A stretch of DNA of 63,844 nucleotides, filler included, from Rhabdomonas costata (taxonomy: Eukaryota), in the NCBI GenBank assembly GCA_019059605.1. It is 14 parts of 14 records of this genome, joined end to end, with 100 filler letters (N's around TTAATTAATTAA, not from the genome) between each part and the next. Parts side by side here need not be neighbours in the genome. Positions count along the whole stretch, not along the records: positions 50,226 to 54,647 come from JAHMHO010000245.1; positions 54,748 to 59,329 come from JAHMHO010000246.1; positions 59,430 to 63,844 come from JAHMHO010000247.1; 11 more parts are not named here. One strand, 5' to 3'. Below are positions 52,833-63,844 of the stretch, piece by piece. Position 1 is the stretch's first letter. Each line of letters opens with the position of its first letter. Below the pieces are notes generated by a model that searched no databases, had not been told where the DNA came from, and worked only from the letters and a program-made list of their open reading frames with translations. The position numbers and the translations under genes were made by a program.

Positions 52833-54090
52833 ATGTCGAAGGTGGCCGTGTATGTGTGCGCCGTAACAATTGTTACCATCGCGGTTCTCTTTCTTTTCCC
52901 ACTGATCCAAACCAGACCGACCTCTGAAAGTTCTTCGGCAACCGAGACCACGACAACCAATGAAATAATTTCTCCGACCTCCCCAACCTCCCCGATCTCC
53001 CCACCCACTGAAACAGCACCGGACGAGCCCGCTGAACGCGGCCCACCACCGGTCAAGCGCAATCATCCCAACATGAAGATCCCTGCAGACATCGGCACGC
53101 TGTGCGAGATGCTGCCAGGAGGTAAGCCCAGGGGATCCCCTCGCAACTTGTACGACGCCTTCCCTTTCAACGATGAATTCGATGTTCTTCGGATTCGGCT
53201 GGAGGAGCTGAAGACAGAGGTGCACACGCACATCCTGGGGGAGTCCACGATGACGTACGCGGAGCGTCGCAAACCGCTGCGGTTCAAGGCGGTGCAGAGC
53301 AACTTCTCCGAGTATAGAATTCGGCGGGTGGAGCCCGACCTGAGTCAGTTCCCCTCTGGAGACTTCTGGGCTCGTGAGAGCGGCCAGAGGCAGCTCACGG
53401 CCGCCGCGGGCCTGGATGACGCCGATCCCACCGACGTGGTAATAATGTCCTGATTGTTTTTTTCCCTGAGCTGGGACTACAATTTGAACAATCGGGAACT
53501 TTGCAATGGTGATAACTGCTTGGCAACGCACGAAGTCCCGACCGCGTGCTCGACCTTTGTGAACTTTCCAGACATAGCAGCATTATTCCCCAGTGTGAAC
53601 CTCACGAACCCTCTGTTTTCTTGCATGCGTCTTTGCCGAACGGCCGTCAATCATAAAGAAAATGCCATTGTCCAACTTATGGGACAACATCTGCTCCTCA
53701 CCACCTGTATCACCTTTTACTTCCCCTATTGTCACATGACATGCGGAAACCCACGGAGCCTCTTGATTCCTCCTTTACATTGGTTGTTTGTCTTTCTCTT
53801 CACCTCCGCCAAGCTCTCGTACATTGACCCTTTCCTTCAGGTCATTGTATCTGATGTTGACGAGATCCCGTCGCGGCGCTTCGCCTCTGCCCTGCGGTGG
53901 TGCCAATTCTACAAGCGTGGCCTGATCAGCCTGGACATGCCGATGTACCATTACCACATGGGGTGTTTTGCGCACCCAGTCCACTTTGCGGTGGCTGCGA
54001 CGGTGGGGGAGTTCCGACGCCGCCCCGGCAACCTCCGCGATGGCTTCGACGCGTTTCCTCGCTCGGTTTATCCCTCTGGGTGGCACCTTG
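52833..54090 (+). CDS. Family 17 glycosyltransferase (MGAT3/GnT-III-like), type II membrane protein, first 2 exons
   Basis: Exons 52833-53438 and 53841-54090 give an N-terminal signal anchor, an S/T/P-rich stem, YDAFPFNDEFDVLRIRLEEL, ESTMTYAERRKPLRF, WARESGQR, DVVIVSDVDEIPS (DxD motif) and GWHLG. Confidence 0.92.
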
Positions 54091-54752
54091 GTATGAGTTG
54101 ATGACCATCCCCTCTGTTTGAACACGATCCAAATGGGCCGCCTTCGTGATGCGACGCAAGTCGCGGCTAAATATGCAATGTGAAATGGTTTTATAGCTGC
54201 ATCAGTGTGGTTTTTTCTGGACGCCTAGCAAAGCATTCTGCTGATACTACGGATGTGTTGGTGCCTCTCGTAGACCTCAGGGGTGCATCTGGTAAATCCT
54301 GATACTTGCACCGAGACGCTACGACAGCACGAATTGGAGAAACCAAATGCTTCACTTCCGTTATAAAGGAGTGCTGAGTTGATTCGTGGTGTTGTCTATG
54401 TAGACACTTTGTTCTCGTTCTTTTTGCAAACGGCTTTAACGAGAGAAACTTGTTCTCTGTCCCTCTGGTTGCACCACGCACACATATGCTGTCGGCACAC
54501 TTTTGGGTGCTTCCAGCAAACACGGCCAGCAACGTACAACAGTGGTCAGAATTGGTATCTAGGGCATTCCAGCCCACTCCGCAGCCTGTATGCAATATTC
54601 ATTGAGTATGCAACCCTGAAAATTCTGAAGTGGGTACCCCACCCACANNNNNNNNNNNNNNNNNNNNNNNNNNNNNNNNNNNNNNNNNNNNTTAATTAAT
54701 TAANNNNNNNNNNNNNNNNNNNNNNNNNNNNNNNNNNNNNNNNNNNNGGGGG

Positions 54753-57700
54753 GATGTGGTGGGCTGGCTGCGGGCTGGCGTGACCCGACTGCGTCTCGCC
54801 CTTAGGGAAAAGTGTCGCCAGGCATCCGCCCTATATACATCCACACACGTGACACTTAAACAAATCGGTTGACGTCGCAGAGTCACAGAGGTAGAGGTGG
54901 TGAGCCGGAACCCCGTGGCACTCCGGCTTTAATCGATATTTCTTGATCGCGAAAACTCATTGTAGCTATGGGACCCAACCCCTCCCCTCCCCACGCACAT
55001 TCCGGTCTTTTCTTTTCAGTGAATACCTTCCTTATAAATGCCTGGTTTTGGTTTCAGGATTGTAAAAACCACTCAAACGCCCTCCCCCCCGGAGAGGGGA
55101 GTCGAGTGAAGCTGCGCCTCTCCCATGGCCACACATATCGTCTTTATTGTTCAAGTGTCTGCTGCGGGTCTCAACCTCGGCTTTTCCTCTCGCCCCCCTA
55201 CAGGTTCTTCTGGCGATCCATCGTGGATGCTCCGCGTTGCAGCATGCCGCGAAGTCCAGCATACCTCATATTCTTTTGGTGTGAGGGCTCAGAAAGAGGG
55301 GGTACTCTCCTTCCTTTGTCCTGTGCGTGCGCTTATTTCCTGTGTTGTTTCTGTGGCCAATGCAAGGGACTGCTTTTGCTTGCGACACAAGTGCCCAAGA
55401 GTTGGAAATTCCATTGGTCGCTGTGATTTTCTCGACATTCTTTTGGGTTCTTGCTTTTCCTTGCAGCATCCCTTCCCTTTTTGCCTTTCACTGGCTTTTC
55501 ATCAGTTTCTTCGGATGTCCACTCTGCTGGTGACCCTCGGCGGGATCTTGCCGTATCTCATCGGTGTGCCCCTTCCTCCGTCTTTTCATGCAACGCTCGT
55601 TGTGCCTCTCACACTTATTACTTCGAGCGAAACTTGGCATCCATTGTGGTGCGGTTGCCTGTGTTCACAGGGGTGGCGATGGAGCTCTGCTTATCTGTGG
55701 TCACCAAGACAGCGGTCTCGTACCAGTGCCCGTGCTTCCCCCTCCTGGAGGTGTGACACGTACACGTGCACGTCACCCCTTCGCTGGCATTGCACGTAAG
55801 CACAGTGGTGGTTGACCAGCGGAGAACTGATGAATGGCCTCTGCCCCAGAGACTGCAACCGAAAAGATAGAGGCAAGACTTGGATTGCTGTCTGGTATTC
55901 CTGCTGTTTTTCTTATTTTTCAATCTTTATCGGATTGAAATCTGTGCATAAACAAGTGGGGAAATTATACTTCAAAAAGAAATCAAAGAATCAAATCCCT
56001 GGCCAACTGAAAAGTTTTCCTTCGTTCTTGGGCAGTCAAGTACTTCTCTCGACTACTGTGAGCAGTGAAGGTGAGTTGGTATTGTTGGGGAATCGGTTGC
56101 GGCAATTGCGGCACAAATGCGGCCTTCGTTCCTCCCAATATTACTTAGAGGCTGTCCAATCGCCGCCAGCTCGAAGGACTTGCAAGGTTGAACGCTCTAA
56201 TTTCCACAGTTTGCGGCACATTGTTGCTGTGTTGTTTTTGCGCCCACAGACGTGGATGGTCGGAGTTGTGTATTTCAAGGTGTGTCAGGATCTCTTCTTC
56301 TTCAGTGAGGCTGTCGCGCATTAGCTTGAGGCGCTGTGTGCTAAACGTTGCATTTAGCCTATTTGCGCTGAAGCTGCGGAGGACCTGTTGAAGAATTCAT
56401 TGTGAGGGCCTCCCGCGAACGCGATTGGTTGGATGGTACTGTTCCTGTTTGTTTCGCATTTAAGATTTGGATCCGGGTGACGATCATGCTGCCGGGATTA
56501 TTCCAAACCCCATGGAATGTGTACTGGGCCAAAGTATGCTTCCACGCCTTCTCTCACTTGGGTGTATTGTGAGCCCCCTCCTCAACCCCCTCCACACACA
56601 AACCGTACTTCCTGCACTTTCACCTGCACTTCTCTTAGCTGTGATATTCATTGTAATCACTGATCAATGTGAATGGAGTCTTGTAAAATCTGGAGGGTTC
56701 CCGTTACCAATGGTACCCTGGTAAAACTGATTCCCGTCTGAAGCCCAAGAATAGTAAATAGCTCGGGTTTCAAATGCCTGGGATCTCGGGGCCCCGCTAT
56801 TTCAGTGGTCCCAGGGGACACGTGCATCGCTGGTTTGGGTGTCGCGTTGGTTTGAATAGGAAACGTATTCTTGAGACAGCAGAGCTTCCTTCTCACCCCC
56901 GTCCATTAAAAGTGCCATTACCCCTCCCCAAGTCAAGCGCTCAGCTGTTGTCCCCACAGCCTGAATGGTATTGCTCACCCGTTTGCGACTATGGACTTGG
57001 TGTTGATGTTACCTGATTGTGTGTGCTGTGCAGCTTTGTAAACAACATATTAACAGGGAGTCACATAGTTCAAAGATGGCGCTCACTGNNNNNNNNNNNN
57101 NNNNNNNNNNNNNNNNNNNNNNNNNNNNNNNNNNNNNNNNNNNNNNNNNNNNNNNNNNNNNNNNNNNNNNNNNNNNNNNNNNNNNNNNNNNNNNNNNNNN
57201 NNNNNNNNNNNNNNNNNNNNNNNNNNNNNNNNNNNNNNNNNNNNNNNNNNNNNNNNNNNNNNNNNNNNNNNNNNNNNNNNNNNNNNNNNNNNNNNNNNNN
57301 NNNNNNNNNNNNNNNNNNNNNNNNNNNNNNNNNNNNNNNNNNNNNNNNNNNNNNNNNNNNNNNNNNNNNNNNNNNNNNNNNNNNNNNNNNNNNNNNNNNN
57401 NNNNNNNNNNNNNNNNNNNNNNNNNNNNNNNNNNNNNNNNNNNNNNNNNNNNNNNNNNNNNNNNNNNNNNNNNNNNNNNNNNNNNNNNNNNNNNNNNNNN
57501 NNNNNNNNNNNNNNNNNNNNNNNNNNNNNNNNNNNNNNNNNNNNNNNNNNNNNNNNNNNNNNNNNNNNNNNNNNNNNNNNNNNNNNNNNNNNNNNNNNNN
57601 NNNNNNNNNNNNNNNNNNNNNNNNNNNNNNNNNNNNNNNNNNNNNNNNNNNNNNNNNNGTGCAGACTGGCACCAGGCAAGCTGCTTGATTATGAAGTATG

Positions 57701-59281
57701 TGAAAGAGCCAAAGCTTTCCATCCGATGCAAGAGTTCACCGTTTGCACGTGAATATTTTGTGATTCCGAGGAGAACATTGTTGCCCAATGTGACACCCTG
57801 TACCATCCCCGATGGGCTGTACATGGTCTCGTGGTCATCGACTGAAGAGTGGCACCTTTCACGCAACTTTTGCCGCTGACTGGCCGGAGTTGATAGTACA
57901 GCTTCATCGGTTCCAGGGGACTGCTGGATGCTCACAGGTGGTGTTCCCGATTGCTGCCACCACGCTTTGCTTCCTAAGCGTACCTTACTTCGTGTACAAG
58001 ATCGTTCTCCCGAACGTGGGTGTGCATCTTGAGGAAGGAGGAAGGAAGGAAAGAGGGGCGATCGGGATTGTGAAACCGTTGCCGTTGCCAGGCAAAAAGT
58101 GGGGTGGCATCACTACGGCACGCAGAAGGGCAGCGGAACGAGGAAAGGGCAGATGTCGTGTCCGCTGTAGTGCAGGTGAAGCAGGCCAAAGAAAAAAAGA
58201 GTAGTGCAGTGAATGCATCTTCGTGCTGGCGTTTTACGTGTGCCCACTTTGCGAGCGAACTTGCTGTTGGATTATTCTCAAATTCGGGCCAAGAGATAAT
58301 TTCTCAAGGCTTGGCTTCGTCACGGGCTTTCACTGAGTAGCCACACTCGCCCGCCTGCTTTGGAAAAGAGCCTTCTCATCTTTTTGTGCCTTCAGTGGAC
58401 CTGCCTGTCGGCGAGGCCAGCGTGCTGCATCATCTGAGCTACCCCGCCATAATGGCAGGATACTTCCTCGTTCGAGGTGTGTGTGTGTGTGTGTGTGTGT
58501 GCGTGGTGTGTGTGCTTACTTGAGTTGCAGATCTGCCTGGGGAGAAAGCGAAAATGCCGTTTGCCTTGATTCATGAGGCTCATATGGTGAAAACTTGTTT
58601 TGGGTTGTGACTTTTTGAGATGGCATGGGCAGACACTTGTGTGTGTTCTGAAACCAGTGATACATCACAGTATGCTGACCTTCGACTTCCATTTTCCGCA
58701 GAAATGTGGCAGTTTGTTTTTTTGGGGGAGACTCATCAGGTTCAGATTTCATCAAGTGTCGTCTTGGTCCGCGGGCATCATAAACGCACTCATCGAAACG
58801 TTTTCCCAATGAAGTTCAAGCCTTCTGAGCCCCCTCTGACTGTAAGGTAGGGGAGTTTATTTTTCACCGACCCACACTCCCGCATCCGTTCATTAGCTCG
58901 CATGTTATCAAGGGGTGTCCACAAGAAGTACACGCTCCTAGGGCAGGACTGCTCTGAGAAGGAAATTTCCAACTCACTAGGAAAAAATTCAGAAACGACA
59001 ACATCAACAGGTCAAGTCGCGACCTGTGACGCACGTATAATATGGGTTCGGTTCTTCAGTCGGCTTCCTTTTTCTCGATCCCGCCGCTCTTGGCAATGTC
59101 AGTGAGGAATGGGGTAGTCTCCGAGGTCTCCCTCTCTTTGCCTCTTCATCTTGCTTTCTCCTCCTCTGCAGTGTGTGTCCTGCTAGCCAACTCTGTGTCC
59201 CCAGCGATGGACGGGTTCTGCCGGAGGCTCCGTGATCAGCTGTATCTCACCGAGATCAAGCTGCAGAACTCCTCCGTTTAA
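54753..59281 (+). CDS. MARCHF6: ER membrane E3 ubiquitin ligase MARCH6/Doa10, C-terminal exons
   Basis: Exons 54753-54821 (GC donor), 55204-55278, 55506-55563, 55671-55750, 56250-56279, 56465-~56518, (assembly gap), 57938-58019, 58396-58476 and 59172-59281. They give GILPYLIGVAMEL...PCFPLLETWMVGVVYFK...FPIAATTLCFLSVPY...YPAI...RRLRDQLYLTEIKLQN, matching the Doa10 C-terminal element. Confidence 0.82.
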
Positions 59282-60309
59282 CATATTTGCCCAGGGCAAC
59301 ACCACACACAACCACACACACCCACCACANNNNNNNNNNNNNNNNNNNNNNNNNNNNNNNNNNNNNNNNNNNNTTAATTAATTAANNNNNNNNNNNNNNN
59401 NNNNNNNNNNNNNNNNNNNNNNNNNNNNNTTTTTGGTTGCTTTTTACTCCTCTTCTCTTCTCTCCCTCGCTTTGGGATCTCTATGCCTTCCTGCGTGTGG
59501 TGTGCAGCTGGTCTTTCCTCGATTTCTGCTGCTGCTGTTGATGCGGAGTGATTGTCCAGTATTCTATAGGGAAGCTGCATTAAGGTTCAATCCCATGGGA
59601 TCCTCCTTGTGCTCCTGCCACGGCTGGTGCAGCCAGCTGTTTTTGGTTACCGGTGAAAATTCGGTGATCTTTTTGTTAGACACTGGCTGCAGTGAACGCG
59701 AGCTGATTTAGGATGAATCACCTTGGATGGTTGATTCGGGTTGACTTTCCTTCCGTCGTGTGCTTCAGGCATCTCCCACAACACCACACTTGGTAACTGC
59801 ATCGCATCGGCTGGTGCGCTGGAACGGACGACAAAACGGCAACATGTGGCTCACTGTATGGGGGCAGCCATTTCTATGCGACCTCGTGACAACACCACGT
59901 AAAAGTTCTCCCTGAAGTGATGCAATTTTGTGCACCTTCTTCTCGCAGGTCTTCTCGCATGGCAGCTGCAACCGTGGGAGCCCCCTCTTTTTACGATCGG
60001 TGAACATGGGCGATCTTTTGGTTAGGATGTTTCCTGTAGTGACCAAGTGAGCACAGTTAGACCGAGCCCACTTTGCAAACTTGGTGCTCCTTGATGATTT
60101 TCCTTGATGATTTCTTCTCTGCACCCACTTCAACATCCGGTGAGCTCCCTTCAGCACAGCACCGCTTTTGGCAACCTGCATCGCATCGGCACTCGAAAGG
60201 ACATCACAGATTGGGGGGGGGGGGGGGGCGAAGTCTTTTGCCAACATCCTCTTGGCGTCACCGTGTTAACTTCCTCCGGTGATCCAAGCACGTGCACGTT
60301 TGCTCGCAG

Positions 60310-62454
60310 GTTGACCTTCTCCGGGAGCTGTACAGTCCTCCCATTATCCCGAATTTGGTGCCCTATTATGGCTATGGTGAGCGGGCTGTGGATTCAGACC
60401 GTCACTATTTTTTCGTGTTCGAGAGAATGGAGTGTTCCTTGAGGCAAGTCCTGGACAACCACCGTGCCGCAATTTCGCCATTTTGGATTGAGCAATGGGC
60501 GGAGAATCTTCTTCTTGCGCTTCAGGCGCTGGCCGCGAAAGGTTCGGGGTGGGTTTGGGGATTGTTTTTGCGAGGAGAGGGTGGGTTGCGTTATTCGTTT
60601 TGCGTGCACCACCTTTGAACGATTGAAGGCGCCAGTATTTGTTTTTGATTTAACTTTTAGCACCGCTTAACGGTCATGAACTGCCACCAACTAAAGTAAA
60701 CTAAAAAAAAGTGAACTAAACGTGTCAGTATAGGGAGCTGAAAAACCTTGTACCACTTCATTTTGCTAAAAAGCATTCAGAGGTACTTGACACGGTTTAC
60801 CTAATCCCCCAATGTGTGTGATTCGGACGTTTAGCAGTGCTAAATGGAGATGGCCCACACGAAGGCCCCGCCAAGGACTGGCCTCCGATGCGCTGGCCTT
60901 CCTATCTTCATAATCGAATCCCTTTTGAATTGCCATCTCCTCGGAATAGTTCACCGCCCTTGGATTCTGACCCAAACGTTGAATGCCACCCCCCACAAGA
61001 AAAAATACAGTTGTCCCACAGGAACACCAAAAGGACGGAAATTTGCAGAGAACTGGCTGGTATGCGTATGCTTAATATGTCACTGGCTTAGGCTACCTCC
61101 ACGGTGATCTCAAGCCCGAAAACCTGGCGCTCTCCAAAGCAGGGGTACTGACTATCATCGACGTTGATACGGCGGTTCGCATTGGAGATCCCTTCGTGTG
61201 CTGCACTCCTATCTACGCGGCGCCAGAGCAGCTCCAGGGTGCCCCGAGGGCGAGCTCCAAAGCCGACGTCTGGGCCGCCGCCGTCGTTCTTCTGGAGTGC
61301 TGTCTTCTGAACATCCCCCGTTCCGTCTTCCTGCTGGAATTCCCCTGGCAGGTGTGGCTTAACCCTGCCCTATCGGAAGCGAATCCTGAGGACCCTGTGC
61401 GGAGGCCGGAGCTGAGCGCTTTCATTCCGGCTCTGCGGGAATGCCTGAAGGAGAAGGAGAGCGAGAGGCCCTCGGTGGAGGACTTGCTCCGGGCGCGGTG
61501 GCCACGAGGTCTGCCCCCGGCTCAGCAGGTCTGTGATGTCCTTGCCCTGGGTCTCTTCCTTTGCGTTGGGCAGGGACAAGGCAAGATACTTTTCTTTGGA
61601 TCGCTCTGGTGGTTGTGTGTGTGAAAGAACCGTGAATTTGAAAGCGACCGCCAGAGCCTAACCGAAACCAGTTCCCATCGGCCTAAAATAGTTAACCAGA
61701 AGTACGTACGTCATGGCATCCTCCCTGTCTGATGACAACATCCGCATTGACTCTGTGTGCAGCTCACATGCGATGGATTGGTCTGGTCCAGGTAGACCGT
61801 TGGCCCGACCCACTGGACGAGGTCGTGCTGCGGAAAGTTGCTGCTCTTAAGGCCTCCTCCTAGCTTTACGCTTTATGTTTGAAAGATGTTCCAAAGCACT
61901 GAGGGCTTTCAAAGTCGAGTGCTGTTGCGGGTTACTTTGAGGGATTTTAAACTCGACCTTTCCGGAAACTATTTTTCAGACGGATCCTGTGGCTCCCGTG
62001 GTTTTTGGCCGCCGTTGGGTGGGCTCCGATGCCTCCCCAGGGGTCCGCCGGATGCGGCATCTTTTGCACAGTGACGCGGAAGTGTACCAAGTGCTGGCCG
62101 TGGAGGCTGGAGCTGGAGCCTGGGGGTGGGTATACAGCCACAGGGACCCGGATATGACGACATTGCGGGCATGCTGATTCCCACGCATCCCCTCCCCCAC
62201 TCCCTTTATGCCCCAATTTGCTTTGGATTCTCGAATTCTCCCTCCTCATTCTGTTTCGAATCTGCTTCCCATGGTGGAGTATTCGTTTAAAATTATTCAT
62301 GTGTATCCTCGTTGCTCAGGTAGACCAACGGGTTGGTATTTGGGCCTACAGTCCGGCTTCCACGAGCCCGCTGGGTCGGCACTCGCCACGTCGGTACTAT
62401 GTCGTGACCCCACCCCCGGAGCACGGAGCTCCTCCCAGCCCAGTCGGAGGCTGA
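60310..62454 (+). CDS. Divergent Ser/Thr protein kinase (partial)
   Basis: Exons 60310-60541 and 61092-61528 give PNLVPYYG...FVFERMECSL...GYLHGDLKPEN...IIDVD...TPIYAAPEQL...KADVWAAAVVLLE...RPSVEDLL. Putative further exons are 61792-61836, 61980-62168 and 62320-62454 (less certain). Confidence 0.88.
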
Positions 62455-63018
62455 GGCGCCCACTATCCCCGTTTTCCCGAGAGGTTTTTTCACCAGAGCT
62501 GCTACCAGGACAGCGCCCTGTCTGAAAGTGAAAGTGTTCATGAGCGATATTGCGGCTCGGATACAGAAGAAGGCGTGTGCTCGCGGGCGGGCGAACCTTT
62601 GCAGACTACCTAACAAATGCCCTCGAAGGCATTACTTTGCAACCATGCAGAGACTACCTCCAAGGAAGGCGAGCCCTGCCCCGGTCCTAGAACCTGGGTG
62701 TACTGTGTGCGGTCTCGGAACCGTAAGAGACCCAAGGCGGTTCACAACCGCTCGACCTACACAGACTACCCAGCATATCCACCAGGGCGTGTACTCCGCC
62801 AACCTAACCAGCGGAGACTTCCCTAAGGGCAGGCGTCGTGAGACTGGCCGGTTAGGCCATTGCCACCTCCCCCATTACGAGGCTCCATCCGACTTCGGAC
62901 TGAGGACTCAACCACGACCCAACCAGGTGCCGTCACCATGACTTGATATGACTCATATATTTCGTAAACGTGGACCGCATCCTGTCTGGTCCGACAAATG
63001 AATGTTTTTATTTCGCAG

Positions 63019-63199
63019 ACTGCCTTTGGGGGCACCCTATTGTCCTCCGCTCTGGATGGGCTCCACGTGCTGCACACCGGGCTGGAGTGCACCCTGGCCC
63101 ACTTTCTGACGCATTACTTCCTCGTTCCCATTCCCCGACCAACACTGCAACACTGGGCACGCTGTTTGGTCAACGCGGTGACGTTTTTGGAGCTTCAGG
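63019..63199 (+). CDS. Exon of a degenerate kinase-like paralogue
   Basis: LECTLAHFLTHYFLVPIPRPTLQHWARCLVNAVTFLELQG aligns by eye to MECSLRQVLDNHRAAISPFWIEQWAENLLLALQALAAKG of the upstream kinase, and ends at the same phase-1 donor position. Confidence 0.45.
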
Positions 63200-63844
63200 G
63201 TCTGTGCGCTTTTCTGAGCATAACCGCGCCGGCAAGCATTTCGCCCATTATATGCCGACTGGGCTGTGAGTGTCCTTTTTAATTTACATGGGCAGAAAGA
63301 GCAGCCTCCCTCCAGGGCTAAAAAAAAACCTTTCGCTACTCAGCCGTAGCCGTGAGTAGGGAACGCTATTCACGAGCAGTAAAAACTTGAAGGGGTTCTG
63401 CGATCGCATGGAGGAGTTGTAAGCCAATTGCTGGGTGACCGCCGCACGTGCACCGCCTCCTAACTCTGTTGCAATTCCAGGGGTACGTGTATGGGGCTCA
63501 CGTGTTTGGCTCAGGCCGCCGAAGCCAGCCGCGGCGCTGGCCTTCGCGAGGAATTAATCTCTCCCAGGGGTCCTTGATTGCATGGAGGCGTTTTACGCCT
63601 TGTTCTGGGTGCATTTCTCATGCACTCATGCTGTATGTCGAATTGCTCTCATTTGAGCAATGCTTCGCCTACGAAAGGGTTCTGTGAGAGAAAGGTGAAG
63701 GTGAACATTTTTGTGCAGTAAGGAAATATTTTTGTGTGGTGAAGTTGCGATGAATAGCGAACGCTACTCACGGTGTGAATAGCGCCGCTACAAAAGAGTT
63801 CACAGCCCGGAATGTTACTGACTATGAATGTTCCTGACTCAGGC

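Noticed and set aside
57089-57658. Long ORFs spanning 57009-57935
   Set aside because: They are produced by a 570-N assembly gap.
59295-59329. C/A-rich contig ends (and G/T-rich starts) resembling telomeric repeats
   Set aside because: They are irregular, not TTAGGG arrays, and present on most contigs, consistent with G/T amplification primers.

Overview
This window is not one continuous locus. It is 14 unrelated contigs of about 4.4-4.6 kb, joined by artificial 100-nt spacers (N44-TTAATTAATTAA-N44). Contigs: 1-4471, 4572-9038, 9139-13708, 13809-18262, 18363-22808, 22909-27381, 27482-31929, 32030-36515, 36616-41054, 41155-45591, 45692-50125, 50226-54647, 54748-59329, 59430-63844. G/T- or C/A-rich contig ends and terminal fold-backs suggest whole-genome-amplified, possibly single-cell, DNA. 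Most contigs come from an intron-rich eukaryote, most likely a euglenozoan (euglenid-like; inference from a euglenozoan-type adenylate cyclase, degenerate GTNTG-like donors and same-strand gene clusters). By hand-splicing exons I recognise: Brr2, a CCDC112-like gene, two spermidine synthase segments flanking an Ap4A phosphorylase pseudogene, insulysin, DDX41, two class III nucleotide cyclases, SAM- and B-box-domain genes, a cold-shock-domain fragment, a universal stress protein, two tandem GT17 glycosyltransferases, MARCH6/Doa10 and a divergent kinase. The most notable signals are three. (1) Contig 27482-31929 is AT-rich and intronless and looks like decayed giant-virus DNA (SbcC/Rad50 fragment, perfect 21-bp 3' hairpin, AAAATTGA motif) carrying a GC-richer kinase insert. 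(2) Splicing is unusual: 4-5 of about 58 reconstructed donors are GC, all reading GCAT, and Brr2 has a candidate non-conventional intron. (3) YGG rather than YAG may act as the trans-splice acceptor at some gene starts. All family assignments are from recalled motifs, not database searches.
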